A DNA stretch of 59,488 nt from a virus (Duplodnaviria; Caudoviricetes). The notes under the pieces are model-generated. The model ran no database searches and was not told the DNA's origin. It was given only the letters and a program-made list of their open reading frames with translations. The DNA is taken from positions 1 through 59,488 of IMG/VR virus record IMGVR_UViG_3300020165_000023. The stretch is one strand, 5' to 3'. This document shows positions 8,860-18,395 of the stretch, in pieces. How positions within the stretch are numbered: the first letter of the stretch is position 1; each line of letters starts with the position of its first letter. The position numbers and the translations under genes are program-made.

Positions 8860-10184
8860 TGGCTAACACTCCGTTTCATTCACCATATGACTATGGTCAT
8901 CATAAGGTAGTAATCAGTTCAACGTCTGAGCGGTTTGCTGCACTTGATATTTCATTGAACGTCTCGGAGATTTCATTCTTTGAGTCGATCACCCAGCCAT
9001 ACGTTTCTGGTCAAATCATGATTGCTGACTCAAGCAATATCTCTAACCATGTTAATTTCATGGGTCAAGAGTTTATTGATATTGAGATGTTTGATACTGC
9101 CGGCACACAGTTTGTTAAGAAGCGGTTTGTTATCACTGGTTTGCAACGTCAAGCAAAAGCAAATGATCATTCATCTGTTTTGGTCTTAAGCTTTATTGAA
9201 GAGCATGTGATTGCTTCAGAGATTACTCGTATCAGTAAAACATTCGAAGGTAAACCCGAGGTTGTTGCTGCGACTATCTTATCTGAAATTAATAAAGGCG
9301 CGCGGTTCGATACGTCATTCCAAGATGCGGTTCGTTATGTTGCACCATATACACATAAACCACTTGACATGGCACGGCTAATGGTTAGTAAAGCATCATC
9401 GATTAATGGTGCACCGTTCTTTCTTTACTCATCATTGCATGAAGAAAACCTGATCATTGAATCATTAGAAACAATGTTGTCTGGTAATAAAGTATACAAC
9501 AAAACATTTAACTATGGTGTTGCTTCTGGTAACTCAGTTGGTTTGGACCTTGACACATCTGGTCGTCAGATTCGTACAATGAGTATTGCCAATAACGAAG
9601 AGAACACACGCATGTTTAAGCATGGTGCGTATGGTTCACAATATCTTTGGCTGGATACAAACAAAACTATTCCGACTGAACTACGTTACCGTTATAATGA
9701 AACAATCGAAAAGATGCCAAAGATTAATGGTCAGGTCAATTATGACGGTTCGTTCACTGTTAATGAAGTACCGTTCCATGAAGGTGTATCCGATGTAATG
9801 TCAACGATTACAACGTGTTCATTGTTTGATGGTATCCTGTCTCTGGATGAACAGCTGGTATCAGACGATCACATGAAGCGTGCTGAAGCTAATGCAATCA
9901 AAGCTTCATTGGGCAAATCACAAATGGATATTACTATTCCAGGTCATCACTTGATTGGTGCTAATCAAGTAACTGGTCGAATGGTTGATGTGTATGTACC
10001 TAAGAACCAAGTCGTCATTGATACTAACAACGTTGAGCAAGTCTCTGATAAAAAGCTGAGCGGTTCATATTTGGTATTTGCAACACGTCATCAATTCAAA
10101 GACACAAAGTATACAGCCGTAATGAACATCACTAAGTATGATAATAAGAAAAACATTAGTCAAGAGCAGGTGAACAATGTCTAA
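8859..10184 (+). CDS. Baseplate hub protein (gp27-like)
   Basis: ISFFESITQPYVSGQIMIADS..., KLSGSYLVFATRHQF; position between gp53 and gp5. Confidence 0.6.
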   Translation: MANTPFHSPYDYGHHKVVISSTSERFAALDISLNVSEISFFESITQPYVSGQIMIADSSNISNHVNFMGQEFIDIEMFDTAGTQFVKKRFVITGLQRQAKANDHSSVLVLSFIEEHVIASEITRISKTFEGKPEVVAATILSEINKGARFDTSFQDAVRYVAPYTHKPLDMARLMVSKASSINGAPFFLYSSLHEENLIIESLETMLSGNKVYNKTFNYGVASGNSVGLDLDTSGRQIRTMSIANNEENTRMFKHGAYGSQYLWLDTNKTIPTELRYRYNETIEKMPKINGQVNYDGSFTVNEVPFHEGVSDVMSTITTCSLFDGILSLDEQLVSDDHMKRAEANAIKASLGKSQMDITIPGHHLIGANQVTGRMVDVYVPKNQVVIDTNNVEQVSDKKLSGSYLVFATRHQFKDTKYTAVMNITKYDNKKNISQEQVNNV

Positions 10185-10989
10185 CTTTTATGGTGACAAT
10201 ACACGCTGGTTCATTGGCGTAGTTGAAGATAATATGAACGATCCACAAAAGCTGGGTCGTGTACGTGTACGTGCATTTGGCGTACACTCACCGTTTATTA
10301 CTGATATCCCAACAGATGATCTACCATGGGCAACGATTATGGTTGCTGCAACCGAAGGTGGTATCTCGGGTGTTGGTCGTTCACCAACAGGTATTGAACA
10401 AGGCGCATGGGTGTTTGGTTTCTTCTTGGATGGTAAAGCATCACAGAACCCAATCATTGTTGGTACCATGCCTAAGATTGAGCTACCAGAAGAAAACATT
10501 AACCCATTGTCAACAGCACCTAATGCATCGCATGGTGATGTAGTATTGAATGGCGGTTTGCGTGGTAATAGCAATGCAGAAAAAACATTCAATGCATTTA
10601 TGGACGAAGGCTACTCCGATACAGTTGCATCGGCTGTTGTTGGTGCGCTGGCTGTACAATCTAATATTGGTCTTGATCCAAGTAAGGAAGTTAGTGCAGG
10701 CGATAACTTTGGTATTGGTCGATGGCGCGGTGAACGGCTCAAAGAGTACTTCGAATACGCATCAATAAATAACAGTGATCCCAATGCTGTTGATACACAG
10801 ATTGCTTATGTAACACACGAACTCAAAACAAAGCATGAGTTAAACTCAGGTGCTTTATCTAAGTCTAAGTCGATTGATGAAGCAGTTGAAGTGTTTACTA
10901 AAGAGTACCTGAAGATCGCAGACACAGAAGAAAATAAGAATGCGCGTAAATCGTTTTCTTATGATGCATTTGAAAGGTTTGGCCAGTAA
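10177..10989 (+). CDS. gp5: gp5 N-terminal OB-fold domain fused to a phage-tail-lysozyme-like domain
   Basis: WFIGVVED..DPQKLGRVRVRAFGVH...LPWA...GAWVFGFFLDG..SQNPII.G; C-terminal AVVGAL..QS...FGIGRWRGER...QIAYVTHEL. Confidence 0.85.
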   Translation: MSNFYGDNTRWFIGVVEDNMNDPQKLGRVRVRAFGVHSPFITDIPTDDLPWATIMVAATEGGISGVGRSPTGIEQGAWVFGFFLDGKASQNPIIVGTMPKIELPEENINPLSTAPNASHGDVVLNGGLRGNSNAEKTFNAFMDEGYSDTVASAVVGALAVQSNIGLDPSKEVSAGDNFGIGRWRGERLKEYFEYASINNSDPNAVDTQIAYVTHELKTKHELNSGALSKSKSIDEAVEVFTKEYLKIADTEENKNARKSFSYDAFERFGQ

Positions 10990-12269
10990 TGGTGTTGAAC
11001 GCACGTAATATTACAACCAAAGTTAAACAGGCAGTAACTGGTATTTCTTCTTTGTTGCAGAATATCCGTAATGCAGCAACAACCGCACAAAGTCAAATCG
11101 AGCAGTTGCGTAACTCGCCACTCGATGCTTTACCAGGTGTAAGTAAGTTAGGTATTGATGTATTATTTGTTTCGGACGAAGGTTATTCTGCTCAGGGTGA
11201 TGTTACTCGTCGTTTTAGTATTGGCATTCTCGGTAACGAGTTAAGTGAAATCGGTTCATTAGCAAAATCACCACAAAACTCTGATGCCAACTCTTTCTAT
11301 AAGAATTCACGGTCAGGTGCAAACCTCAACCGCACAGTTACTGCAGTAACAACAGATGCGGTAATGTCTGCTGTACCACCTGTACTTAATCGTGATGCTG
11401 ACTTTACATTTAATGCAAAAGAAGTCGAAAGTAAATCACGTAGTTTGGCTGAGCGTGTATTTGATGGTGTAACAGACGGTTCATCTGCTATTGCATCGAT
11501 GAATGCAGCAACAACTCAAATCAATGAAACAACTACATTCGTTCAAGACAAGATTAAGTCTGAGCGTATTACTTCATCTTCTATTCTTGAAAACATCACA
11601 GATACAACCGACATTGCTTCTAATGTTGGTATTGATGCTAAGTCTGATGTGTTTGGTTTGTCTTCGGTTGAAGTAGTTGAAATGAAAAACATTAAGCCAC
11701 GTACTATTCTTAAAACATACGAAGAAATGGAATCGATTATTCGATCCTGTAATCGTGAAGTAACTGAAGTTGTTGTTCACCATACTGATACATACGAAGA
11801 TCAAATTATTGATTATGATAATGTGTATGAATGGCATGTGACAGACCGCGGTTTTAAAGACGTGGGTTATCACTTCCTTATTCTTCATAATGGTGACTTA
11901 CAGGTTGCACGACCTATTTCACAAACTGGTGCACACTGTCTTAAAGGTCATAACCGTTATTCGATTGCAATCGCTTTTGTTGGTGGTATTGTCGGATCGG
12001 GTTCGAAGCGTGGTAGTAAGCGAAGCTCAACAACATTCCGTCCTGAGCAGTGGGAAACATTCAAAGCGTTTATGCGTGCCTTCTATTCAGTGCATCCTGG
12101 TGGTCAAGCTTGGGGTCATAATGACATTGATCCTGAACGTCGCTCTGATCCTAACTTTGATGTTAGTCGATATGTAAAGAAGTCGTTTAGTAAAGAGAAT
12201 ATTCAAACTAAAGAAGAGACACAGGGAACTGGTGCTCTTTCAATTGATAAGATGATTGGATTGCAATAA
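10989..12269 (+). CDS. Virion protein with C-terminal N-acetylmuramoyl-L-alanine amidase (T7 lysozyme/Amidase_2 family)
   Basis: VVVHHT, RGFKDVGYHFLI..NG....RP....GAHC.GHN..SIAIAFVGG, WGHNDI, SDPNFDV. Confidence 0.85.
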   Translation: MVLNARNITTKVKQAVTGISSLLQNIRNAATTAQSQIEQLRNSPLDALPGVSKLGIDVLFVSDEGYSAQGDVTRRFSIGILGNELSEIGSLAKSPQNSDANSFYKNSRSGANLNRTVTAVTTDAVMSAVPPVLNRDADFTFNAKEVESKSRSLAERVFDGVTDGSSAIASMNAATTQINETTTFVQDKIKSERITSSSILENITDTTDIASNVGIDAKSDVFGLSSVEVVEMKNIKPRTILKTYEEMESIIRSCNREVTEVVVHHTDTYEDQIIDYDNVYEWHVTDRGFKDVGYHFLILHNGDLQVARPISQTGAHCLKGHNRYSIAIAFVGGIVGSGSKRGSKRSSTTFRPEQWETFKAFMRAFYSVHPGGQAWGHNDIDPERRSDPNFDVSRYVKKSFSKENIQTKEETQGTGALSIDKMIGLQ

Positions 12270-13993
12270 TGGCTGGTAACTTCGGTTATAAAAGAATCCT
12301 GAGCAGTGCAGCAGGTGTAACAAAGGTTGAGTTGTCAAACGGTACAATTGAAACCTTTGATGGTGATCGTGCATTCCGTAACAACAACCCAGGTAACCTG
12401 ACCGGTTCAACTAAGGGTGCATTGGCTCGTGGTGCATTGGGTGTTGACTACTCGGGTAATTACATCTTCCCTTCGATGCAGACTGGCTTCAATGCCATGC
12501 GTCAGTTTGTTATTACAGATAATACAAATAAAACTGTTCTTGAGCACATTCGAATCTATGCGCCGGCTGGTGCTGATAATGATATCAAGAACACAAACTG
12601 GACGTACCCTCAATATCTACGTGATCGTGGTTTTAATCTTGATCAACGTATTGGTGATATGTCTGCATCTGAGCAAGAGCGCTTGCTCGAGGTAATGATT
12701 CGTAAAGAGTCAGCTGAAGCCGATAAGATTATAAATGAAATCAATCTAAAAGACCGTGTTGGTATCGCTGATGAAGAGCGTGTGGTTATTGAAGATGAAG
12801 GCGAGGATGATGTAAATTCTAACCTGGATAATCAAACCGCTGGCACAACAGAATCACGTAAGGATAAGACCACGGGTGCCTCTACGGTCGGTTTTAAAGA
12901 CCCTGTGGGTGCCTTTCCGCGACAAGACTACTACAACCAAGCCACAACGAATAAAGCTGCTCGTGGTGAGTGGGAACCTAAGTTGCGGATGGGTGGTGGC
13001 TCGTTTAAAGGCGGTTCACTCTTTCCTGTTGATGCTAACCCTCAGTATCCTTACAACAAAGTAACTGAAACTTCTTCTGGTCATCGCATTGAACTTGACG
13101 ATACGCCTGGTGAAGAGCGTGTGTCCGTTGTTCACTCTGTTGGTTCTGGTATGGAGTTCCATGCTGATGGTATGGTTGTACTCAACTCATACGATAAAAC
13201 AATTCAGGTTGTTGGTGACGACTTTACGGTTTACGTTCGTGGTAATGGTGACATTACATATGAAGGTGATGTGAAGATGCATGTCACTGGTGATTACAAA
13301 GTTAAGGTTGATAAGAACTTTATCCTTGAAGTTGGCGGTAAGTATCTACAGACTATTGGTCAGGGTAAGACTGAAGTGGTCGAAGCTGATAAGAAAACAA
13401 CTGTACTTGGTCACATGTCTGAAACAATCACCAAGAGTACCACACGTATGTCGTTGGCTAATCAGAACATGATTACTAAAGGCAACTTTAATATGTGGAC
13501 CGATGGTGATGCTGAGTATGCAACATCTGGTGCAACTCATATGTCTGCTGAAACCGAGATTGATATTGCGACTAAAGACTTTAATATGACGTCTGAATAT
13601 ATGGCTATTATTGCACCTGACGGTTTTGTTGGTGGTGAGTCTGTTGATTATGTCGGTGACAACTATAAAGGTAATATCTTTGATGGTCAGTATTTCACTG
13701 GCTTCTCAAAGGAAGCTGGTGCTGCTCTTACAGCTGTAACTGCTGGTACTGCTGTTCCAGGTGTTGGGTTCTTTACGACACCAACTGGTGCAGCAATGGC
13801 AGTTACATCTTTGGTTAGTGCAACACTTGGTATGGTCGGCGATACGTTGAACCGTTCGAACAAAGGTATCTTGAATGTCGATGTTGATATTGATAATAAG
13901 ATTCTTGAGAACGTTGATCTACGTGAAATGAATAAGCTTGGTGAAAACACATCTACCACATCCAAACCTTCTAACTTCAACTTGGTGGCGTAA
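12269..13993 (+). CDS. gp5 C-terminal spike part (triple beta-helix) with N-terminal RNNNPGN muramidase-like domain
   Basis: RNNNPGNL...IF...YAP..ADN; YPYNKVTETSSGHRIELDDTPGEERV..VH; repeated VxGD/N beta-helix units. Confidence 0.8.
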   Translation: MAGNFGYKRILSSAAGVTKVELSNGTIETFDGDRAFRNNNPGNLTGSTKGALARGALGVDYSGNYIFPSMQTGFNAMRQFVITDNTNKTVLEHIRIYAPAGADNDIKNTNWTYPQYLRDRGFNLDQRIGDMSASEQERLLEVMIRKESAEADKIINEINLKDRVGIADEERVVIEDEGEDDVNSNLDNQTAGTTESRKDKTTGASTVGFKDPVGAFPRQDYYNQATTNKAARGEWEPKLRMGGGSFKGGSLFPVDANPQYPYNKVTETSSGHRIELDDTPGEERVSVVHSVGSGMEFHADGMVVLNSYDKTIQVVGDDFTVYVRGNGDITYEGDVKMHVTGDYKVKVDKNFILEVGGKYLQTIGQGKTEVVEADKKTTVLGHMSETITKSTTRMSLANQNMITKGNFNMWTDGDAEYATSGATHMSAETEIDIATKDFNMTSEYMAIIAPDGFVGGESVDYVGDNYKGNIFDGQYFTGFSKEAGAALTAVTAGTAVPGVGFFTTPTGAAMAVTSLVSATLGMVGDTLNRSNKGILNVDVDIDNKILENVDLREMNKLGENTSTTSKPSNFNLVA

Positions 13994-14842
13994 ATGATTA
14001 TTAGACGAGATACAATTACTACTCGCGAAGTACGCTCAAAGCTGCGTGAACCAAACAACCGGGAAGATGATCTGTTTATCTCTTTCTGTGTATCGCTTGG
14101 CGTCTTGAACCCTTCGTTTAAGTCTGACCAACCCGGTGAAGTTAAGCGCGTAACTGGTGCTGAACCTAAGCCCAAGTTTGGCACACGCATGCACGGGCAA
14201 GGTAACACATCAAAGAACAAATATAAAGAAGACTTAAAGATTGATCGTATTCTTCCAGAGAAGCAATTCAATCCAATGAATAAGTCTGACATTTCATCGG
14301 GTACCAAGTTAGGCAAAGGTATCCCGCTCGGTCGTTTCGTTGCAACGCAATCATTATCGCAAGCAACATTGAATGATATCCCCAGTTTAGCTGAACGTCA
14401 AGATTTGGCACGTCATTATTATATGTACGCATATATGATGCAAGCATTCCAGAATTCTCGTGATAAGTTCAGTCAAAACTATTCATTGAATGTGACGGAA
14501 GGTTTCTATCTTCCCGAGACGACCGAAACTATTACAGCCAATGGTATTAAAGACCTGGCTGCTAAAGGTCGAGCTGTTGTATTTGAAGTGACTGATCAAG
14601 AAGGTAACGTTGCACCCGAAAAGACTTATGAGTTTGCGGTTTACCTGAAAGACAATCACTTATTTGATAAGCTCATTCTCAGCTATGATACAGTTGATCC
14701 TAATACTGATTTCAATGTACAGGTTGTTGTAACCATGCCTGAGATTGATTCTAGCTTTAAGGGTTCGTTTAAACGTCAGGTACAGACTGAATACAATTAT
14801 AACTTGCTGGTTGATAATGCATTGGCTGAGTGTATCGCATAG
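13994..14842 (+). CDS. Hypothetical baseplate-hub-associated protein
   Basis: 282 aa ORF abutting the gp5 C-terminal gene; weak resemblance to a degenerate peptidase-M15-like fold (GRAVVFE, FDKLILSY). Confidence 0.6.
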   Translation: MIIRRDTITTREVRSKLREPNNREDDLFISFCVSLGVLNPSFKSDQPGEVKRVTGAEPKPKFGTRMHGQGNTSKNKYKEDLKIDRILPEKQFNPMNKSDISSGTKLGKGIPLGRFVATQSLSQATLNDIPSLAERQDLARHYYMYAYMMQAFQNSRDKFSQNYSLNVTEGFYLPETTETITANGIKDLAAKGRAVVFEVTDQEGNVAPEKTYEFAVYLKDNHLFDKLILSYDTVDPNTDFNVQVVVTMPEIDSSFKGSFKRQVQTEYNYNLLVDNALAECIA

Positions 14843-14861
14843 CTATTATGCAAAATTAACT

Positions 14862-14922
14862 GTTTACATATCTGAAAAGATGTGGTATTAATATAGAGTC
14901 TCACCGAGATGGGGGTGAATAG
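14862..14922 (+). repeat. Conserved intergenic element, copy 1 (promoter-like plus G-tract)
   Basis: GTTTACA-N17-TATTAATATAGAGTCTCACCGA-GAT-GGGGG-TGAATAG; the 22-mer is identical at 34986-35007. Confidence 0.85.
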
Positions 14923-14926
14923 ACAC

Positions 14927-14934
14927 TATAAATA
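14927..14934 (+). promoter_or_regulatory. Late promoter upstream of gp25
   Basis: TATAAATA. Confidence 0.75.
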
Positions 14935-14960
14935 ATAATAAAAATAAGGTACCTAATCAA

Positions 14961-15410
14961 ATGGCAGTACGTCGTAGCTTTGCAGTTGAGGATAAAAATC
15001 TATCTACAACTTCTGTAATTGTTGCCAAGAAGGAACGGAACTATTCAGACATTGATTTGACTCTGGATACCAAACCTTCTGGTGATATTTATAAGAAGAC
15101 TGATGCTGCATCTGTTAAGCAATCTATCAAGAACATTCTTTTGACCAGTCATGGTGAGAAGCCGTTTGATTATTTCTTTGGTGCTAACATTCGCGATCGT
15201 TTGTTTGATCTTAATTACCCTGATCTCGCTAATGAACTCGAGACTGATATTCGCTTTGCTATTGAGAACCACGAACCTCGTGCACGTGTAATGGCAGTTG
15301 ATGTAATCAATAACATTGACCATAATGACCTGCGTGCTACAATCAAATTTCAAATCATTTCCACCGAGGAAGTGGTTGTACTGAATACATCGCTGACAAG
15401 GATTAAGTAA
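14961..15410 (+). CDS. gp25: Baseplate wedge subunit gp25
   Basis: YSDIDL...DI.KKTD..SVKQSIKNILLT..GEKPF...FG...LF...IENHEPR. Confidence 0.92.
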   Translation: MAVRRSFAVEDKNLSTTSVIVAKKERNYSDIDLTLDTKPSGDIYKKTDAASVKQSIKNILLTSHGEKPFDYFFGANIRDRLFDLNYPDLANELETDIRFAIENHEPRARVMAVDVINNIDHNDLRATIKFQIISTEEVVVLNTSLTRIK

Positions 15411-15412
15411 AG

Positions 15413-17281
15413 ATGGCACGGAAACAAACCATTCACACTACAACACTCGACTTTGCTAATATCAAAGAGAGTATGAAAGAATACCTTAACGGTCAAACTG
15501 AATTTACAGATTATGACTTTGAAGGTTCTGGTCTTTCTGTTCTGATGGATGTACTGGCATTCAATACGCATCAGAATGCTTTGCTTGCTAACTTTGGCTT
15601 GAACGAATCTTTCTTGACCACTGCTCAGACTCGATCTGGTATGATTAACCATGCATTGAATTTGGGTTACGTACCTCGCTCTAAGTCTGGCGCTAAAGCA
15701 ACTGTTAATCTTTCTGTTAACCTTGCTGGTGTATCACCTAAGCCTGCAACTATTACTTTGCCTCAGTATTCTGAGTTTAAGTCAACAGTTGATGGTGTGC
15801 AATATACATTCTTTACGACTGATGAATATATCGGTTATGACCGTAATGGTAATGGTGTATATGAATTTGAAGGTGATGCTGGTACTAAAGACCTGGTTGT
15901 ATCTGAAGGTGTACTTCGCACCAAGACATTCCGTTGTAACGATGCAGCTGAGCGTCAGGTTTATGTTATTCCTGATACTGATGTTGATCTTTCGACTCTG
16001 ACCGTACAGGTATTTGATTCTGTATCTTCTGCTGAGTTTGATGTATACGAAGCCAGCTCTTCGATTAAACAATATAACTCTGAAACTAAGTTGTTCTTGC
16101 CTGTTGAAACATACAATGGCTTTTATGAGATTAGCTTTGGTGACGGACAGGCAACTGGTGTTGCTCCAGTTCCAGGTAACATTATTCGTGCTCAGTACCT
16201 TGCATCTAATGGTACAGCTGCTAACCGTGCTTCTACATTTACGGCTAGTAACCAGCTAGATGTAAATGCAATCTCTTATTCTTTGATTGTTACTACGGTT
16301 GCAGTTGCTGCTCAGGGTGCTGAAAAAGAATCTGTTGAATCTATTCGTAACAATGCACCGCTTAACTTGCTGGCGTCTTCTCGTCTTGTTACAGCAGGTG
16401 ACTACCGTACAATTATTCAGTCGCGTATTCCAGGTGTTAAGTCGGTTAACGCTTGGGGCGGAGAAGACAATGTACCAGCTAAGTATGGTAAAGTGTTAGT
16501 GTCTCTGATCTTTGATGATGATATTGATGCAACACAAAAGACACTAGTACAAAATCAGATTCGTGAAGACATTACTGATCCACTTTCTGTTATCTCTGTT
16601 GATATGGAATTTGTCGATCCTACCTTTACTTACCTGAATGTAACATCTGAAGTTAAGTATGATGTATCGTTAACTAACCGTACTAACCAGTCGATTGAAA
16701 ACTTAATTAAGAATACTGTATCTACTTACTTTGATACTAACTTGGGTAAGTTCAACGATGTATTCCGTAAGTCACCTTTGACTGCTGTTATCGATGATAC
16801 AGATGCTGCTATTCTTTCATCAAAGGTTTCTATTGAACAAGAAGTGCGGTTCGAACCAGTAATTAATCCTAACACAAACGCAATTGTAATTTCAGATTAT
16901 GAAATTACTTTCTTGAATACAATTGCTGCACCTAATGATACATCGCCAGTTGTTTCTACTGACTTCTTCTTCTTCAATTCAGTACTGTGTCGTATTCAAA
17001 ACAAGCTGTCTTCTACTCAACTACAGATTATCGACCAAGATGGTAATGTACAAAAAGACAATATTGGTGAGTTAGTTAGTGGTGAAGGTAAGATTAAACT
17101 GAATGGTTTCCAGCCTACTTCTATTAACTCAGGTAACTCTTACTTGCGTTTACAAACAACGCCAGCAGATGATTCTGTTATTAAGCCGCTTCGCTCTAAT
17201 ATTGTTTCGCTTGGTTCGAACCTGGTAACTGCTGTGGAAGATATCGACCTGGCAAACTCAACTGTTGGGACGACTAACTAA
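15413..17281 (+). CDS. gp6: Baseplate wedge subunit gp6
   Basis: LDFANIKES...FTDYDFEGSGLSVLMDVLAFNTH, YEISFGDG, RLVTAGDY, AWGGEDN.P..YGKV. Confidence 0.93.
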   Translation: MARKQTIHTTTLDFANIKESMKEYLNGQTEFTDYDFEGSGLSVLMDVLAFNTHQNALLANFGLNESFLTTAQTRSGMINHALNLGYVPRSKSGAKATVNLSVNLAGVSPKPATITLPQYSEFKSTVDGVQYTFFTTDEYIGYDRNGNGVYEFEGDAGTKDLVVSEGVLRTKTFRCNDAAERQVYVIPDTDVDLSTLTVQVFDSVSSAEFDVYEASSSIKQYNSETKLFLPVETYNGFYEISFGDGQATGVAPVPGNIIRAQYLASNGTAANRASTFTASNQLDVNAISYSLIVTTVAVAAQGAEKESVESIRNNAPLNLLASSRLVTAGDYRTIIQSRIPGVKSVNAWGGEDNVPAKYGKVLVSLIFDDDIDATQKTLVQNQIREDITDPLSVISVDMEFVDPTFTYLNVTSEVKYDVSLTNRTNQSIENLIKNTVSTYFDTNLGKFNDVFRKSPLTAVIDDTDAAILSSKVSIEQEVRFEPVINPNTNAIVISDYEITFLNTIAAPNDTSPVVSTDFFFFNSVLCRIQNKLSSTQLQIIDQDGNVQKDNIGELVSGEGKIKLNGFQPTSINSGNSYLRLQTTPADDSVIKPLRSNIVSLGSNLVTAVEDIDLANSTVGTTN

Positions 17282-18363
17282 TGAGTAAGACACTAACCGA
17301 TCTAAACCGTAATGCTCAGGTATTTCATCAGCCGGTAATCAACCCGGCATTACCTGAGTATTTCCAGGATCAATATCCTGTATTTGTTTCATTGTTGAAT
17401 AAGTATTACGATTGGTTAGTTGATTATGCTGACGCCGATGGTCGTAATCCAATCGGTGAATTACAAAACATTTCTTACCTGAAAGACCGTGAGATTTCCC
17501 CTGATCGGTTCTTACAATATATCTTTGATGAATTGGCTTCTGGTCTAGCACCTGACAACTTTGATATTCCACGCTTTATCATTAAGCTAATGCCTTTCTT
17601 CTATAAGACCAAAGGCTCAACTGTATCTGCACAAGGTTTCTTGAAGTTTTTGTATGGTACAGACATTGAATTGGTGTACCCTAAGCAGTCAACCTTTAAT
17701 ATTGGTTCATCCGAGATTGGTGCTGACTCACTTAAGTTTATTCAAGACTCATATTACTACCAGATTTACTCAACACTGATTCGTTCCGATCTACCTATCT
17801 CAGTTTGGAAAGAACTGTACAAGAAGTTTGTGCATCCGTCCGGTTGGGAACTGTTTGCTGAAGTACGGTTTGAAACCGTTACATCTAATACAACACTTCC
17901 TATTGCAATGCCTATTGCCGATATTGGTGCAGGCGCAGAAATTATGACACTGAGCGGTACAGCTCCTTTGGCTATTACAGCTGTAAGTGCAGCAAGCAAT
18001 GTAACGCTTATTGATTCCGCTGATGGTCTTCGTATGTATGCTGATTACGGTTCACGTAATCTGTTTAGTTACTACAATGATTCAGCTAACATTATTAATG
18101 TTGCACCATACAATGGCAATTATGATGAAAAGTCTGCACCGATTAAGGTCAGCTCTTTCCGGTTCTCACAAGCTGATGACAATACAAATGTTGAATTTAA
18201 CTTGTCTGACTCAGGTGACTTCTTCCTCGATAATGATGCACCGACTATCTTTACTCTTGACCGTATTAATACGACACAGGGTGTAAGCTTTGATAATACA
18301 ATCGAAACATTCGATGAAACCACGTTCGATTATGTGTCACCTACTGGCATAGACTCCGCATAA
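17281..18363 (+). CDS. Baseplate wedge initiator (short gp7-like)
   Basis: LPEYFQDQYP.FV.LL.KYY, FYKTKGS, IQDSYYYQIYS.LIRS...WKELYKKFVHPSG. Confidence 0.75.
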   Translation: MSKTLTDLNRNAQVFHQPVINPALPEYFQDQYPVFVSLLNKYYDWLVDYADADGRNPIGELQNISYLKDREISPDRFLQYIFDELASGLAPDNFDIPRFIIKLMPFFYKTKGSTVSAQGFLKFLYGTDIELVYPKQSTFNIGSSEIGADSLKFIQDSYYYQIYSTLIRSDLPISVWKELYKKFVHPSGWELFAEVRFETVTSNTTLPIAMPIADIGAGAEIMTLSGTAPLAITAVSAASNVTLIDSADGLRMYADYGSRNLFSYYNDSANIINVAPYNGNYDEKSAPIKVSSFRFSQADDNTNVEFNLSDSGDFFLDNDAPTIFTLDRINTTQGVSFDNTIETFDETTFDYVSPTGIDSA

Positions 18364-18366
18364 ATA
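18359..18366 (+). promoter_or_regulatory. Late promoter variant overlapping the gp7 stop codon
   Basis: CATAAATA about 30 nt upstream of the next ATG. Confidence 0.5.
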
Positions 18367-18395
18367 TACAAAGAACAACGTAAGGCTAACGGGAC

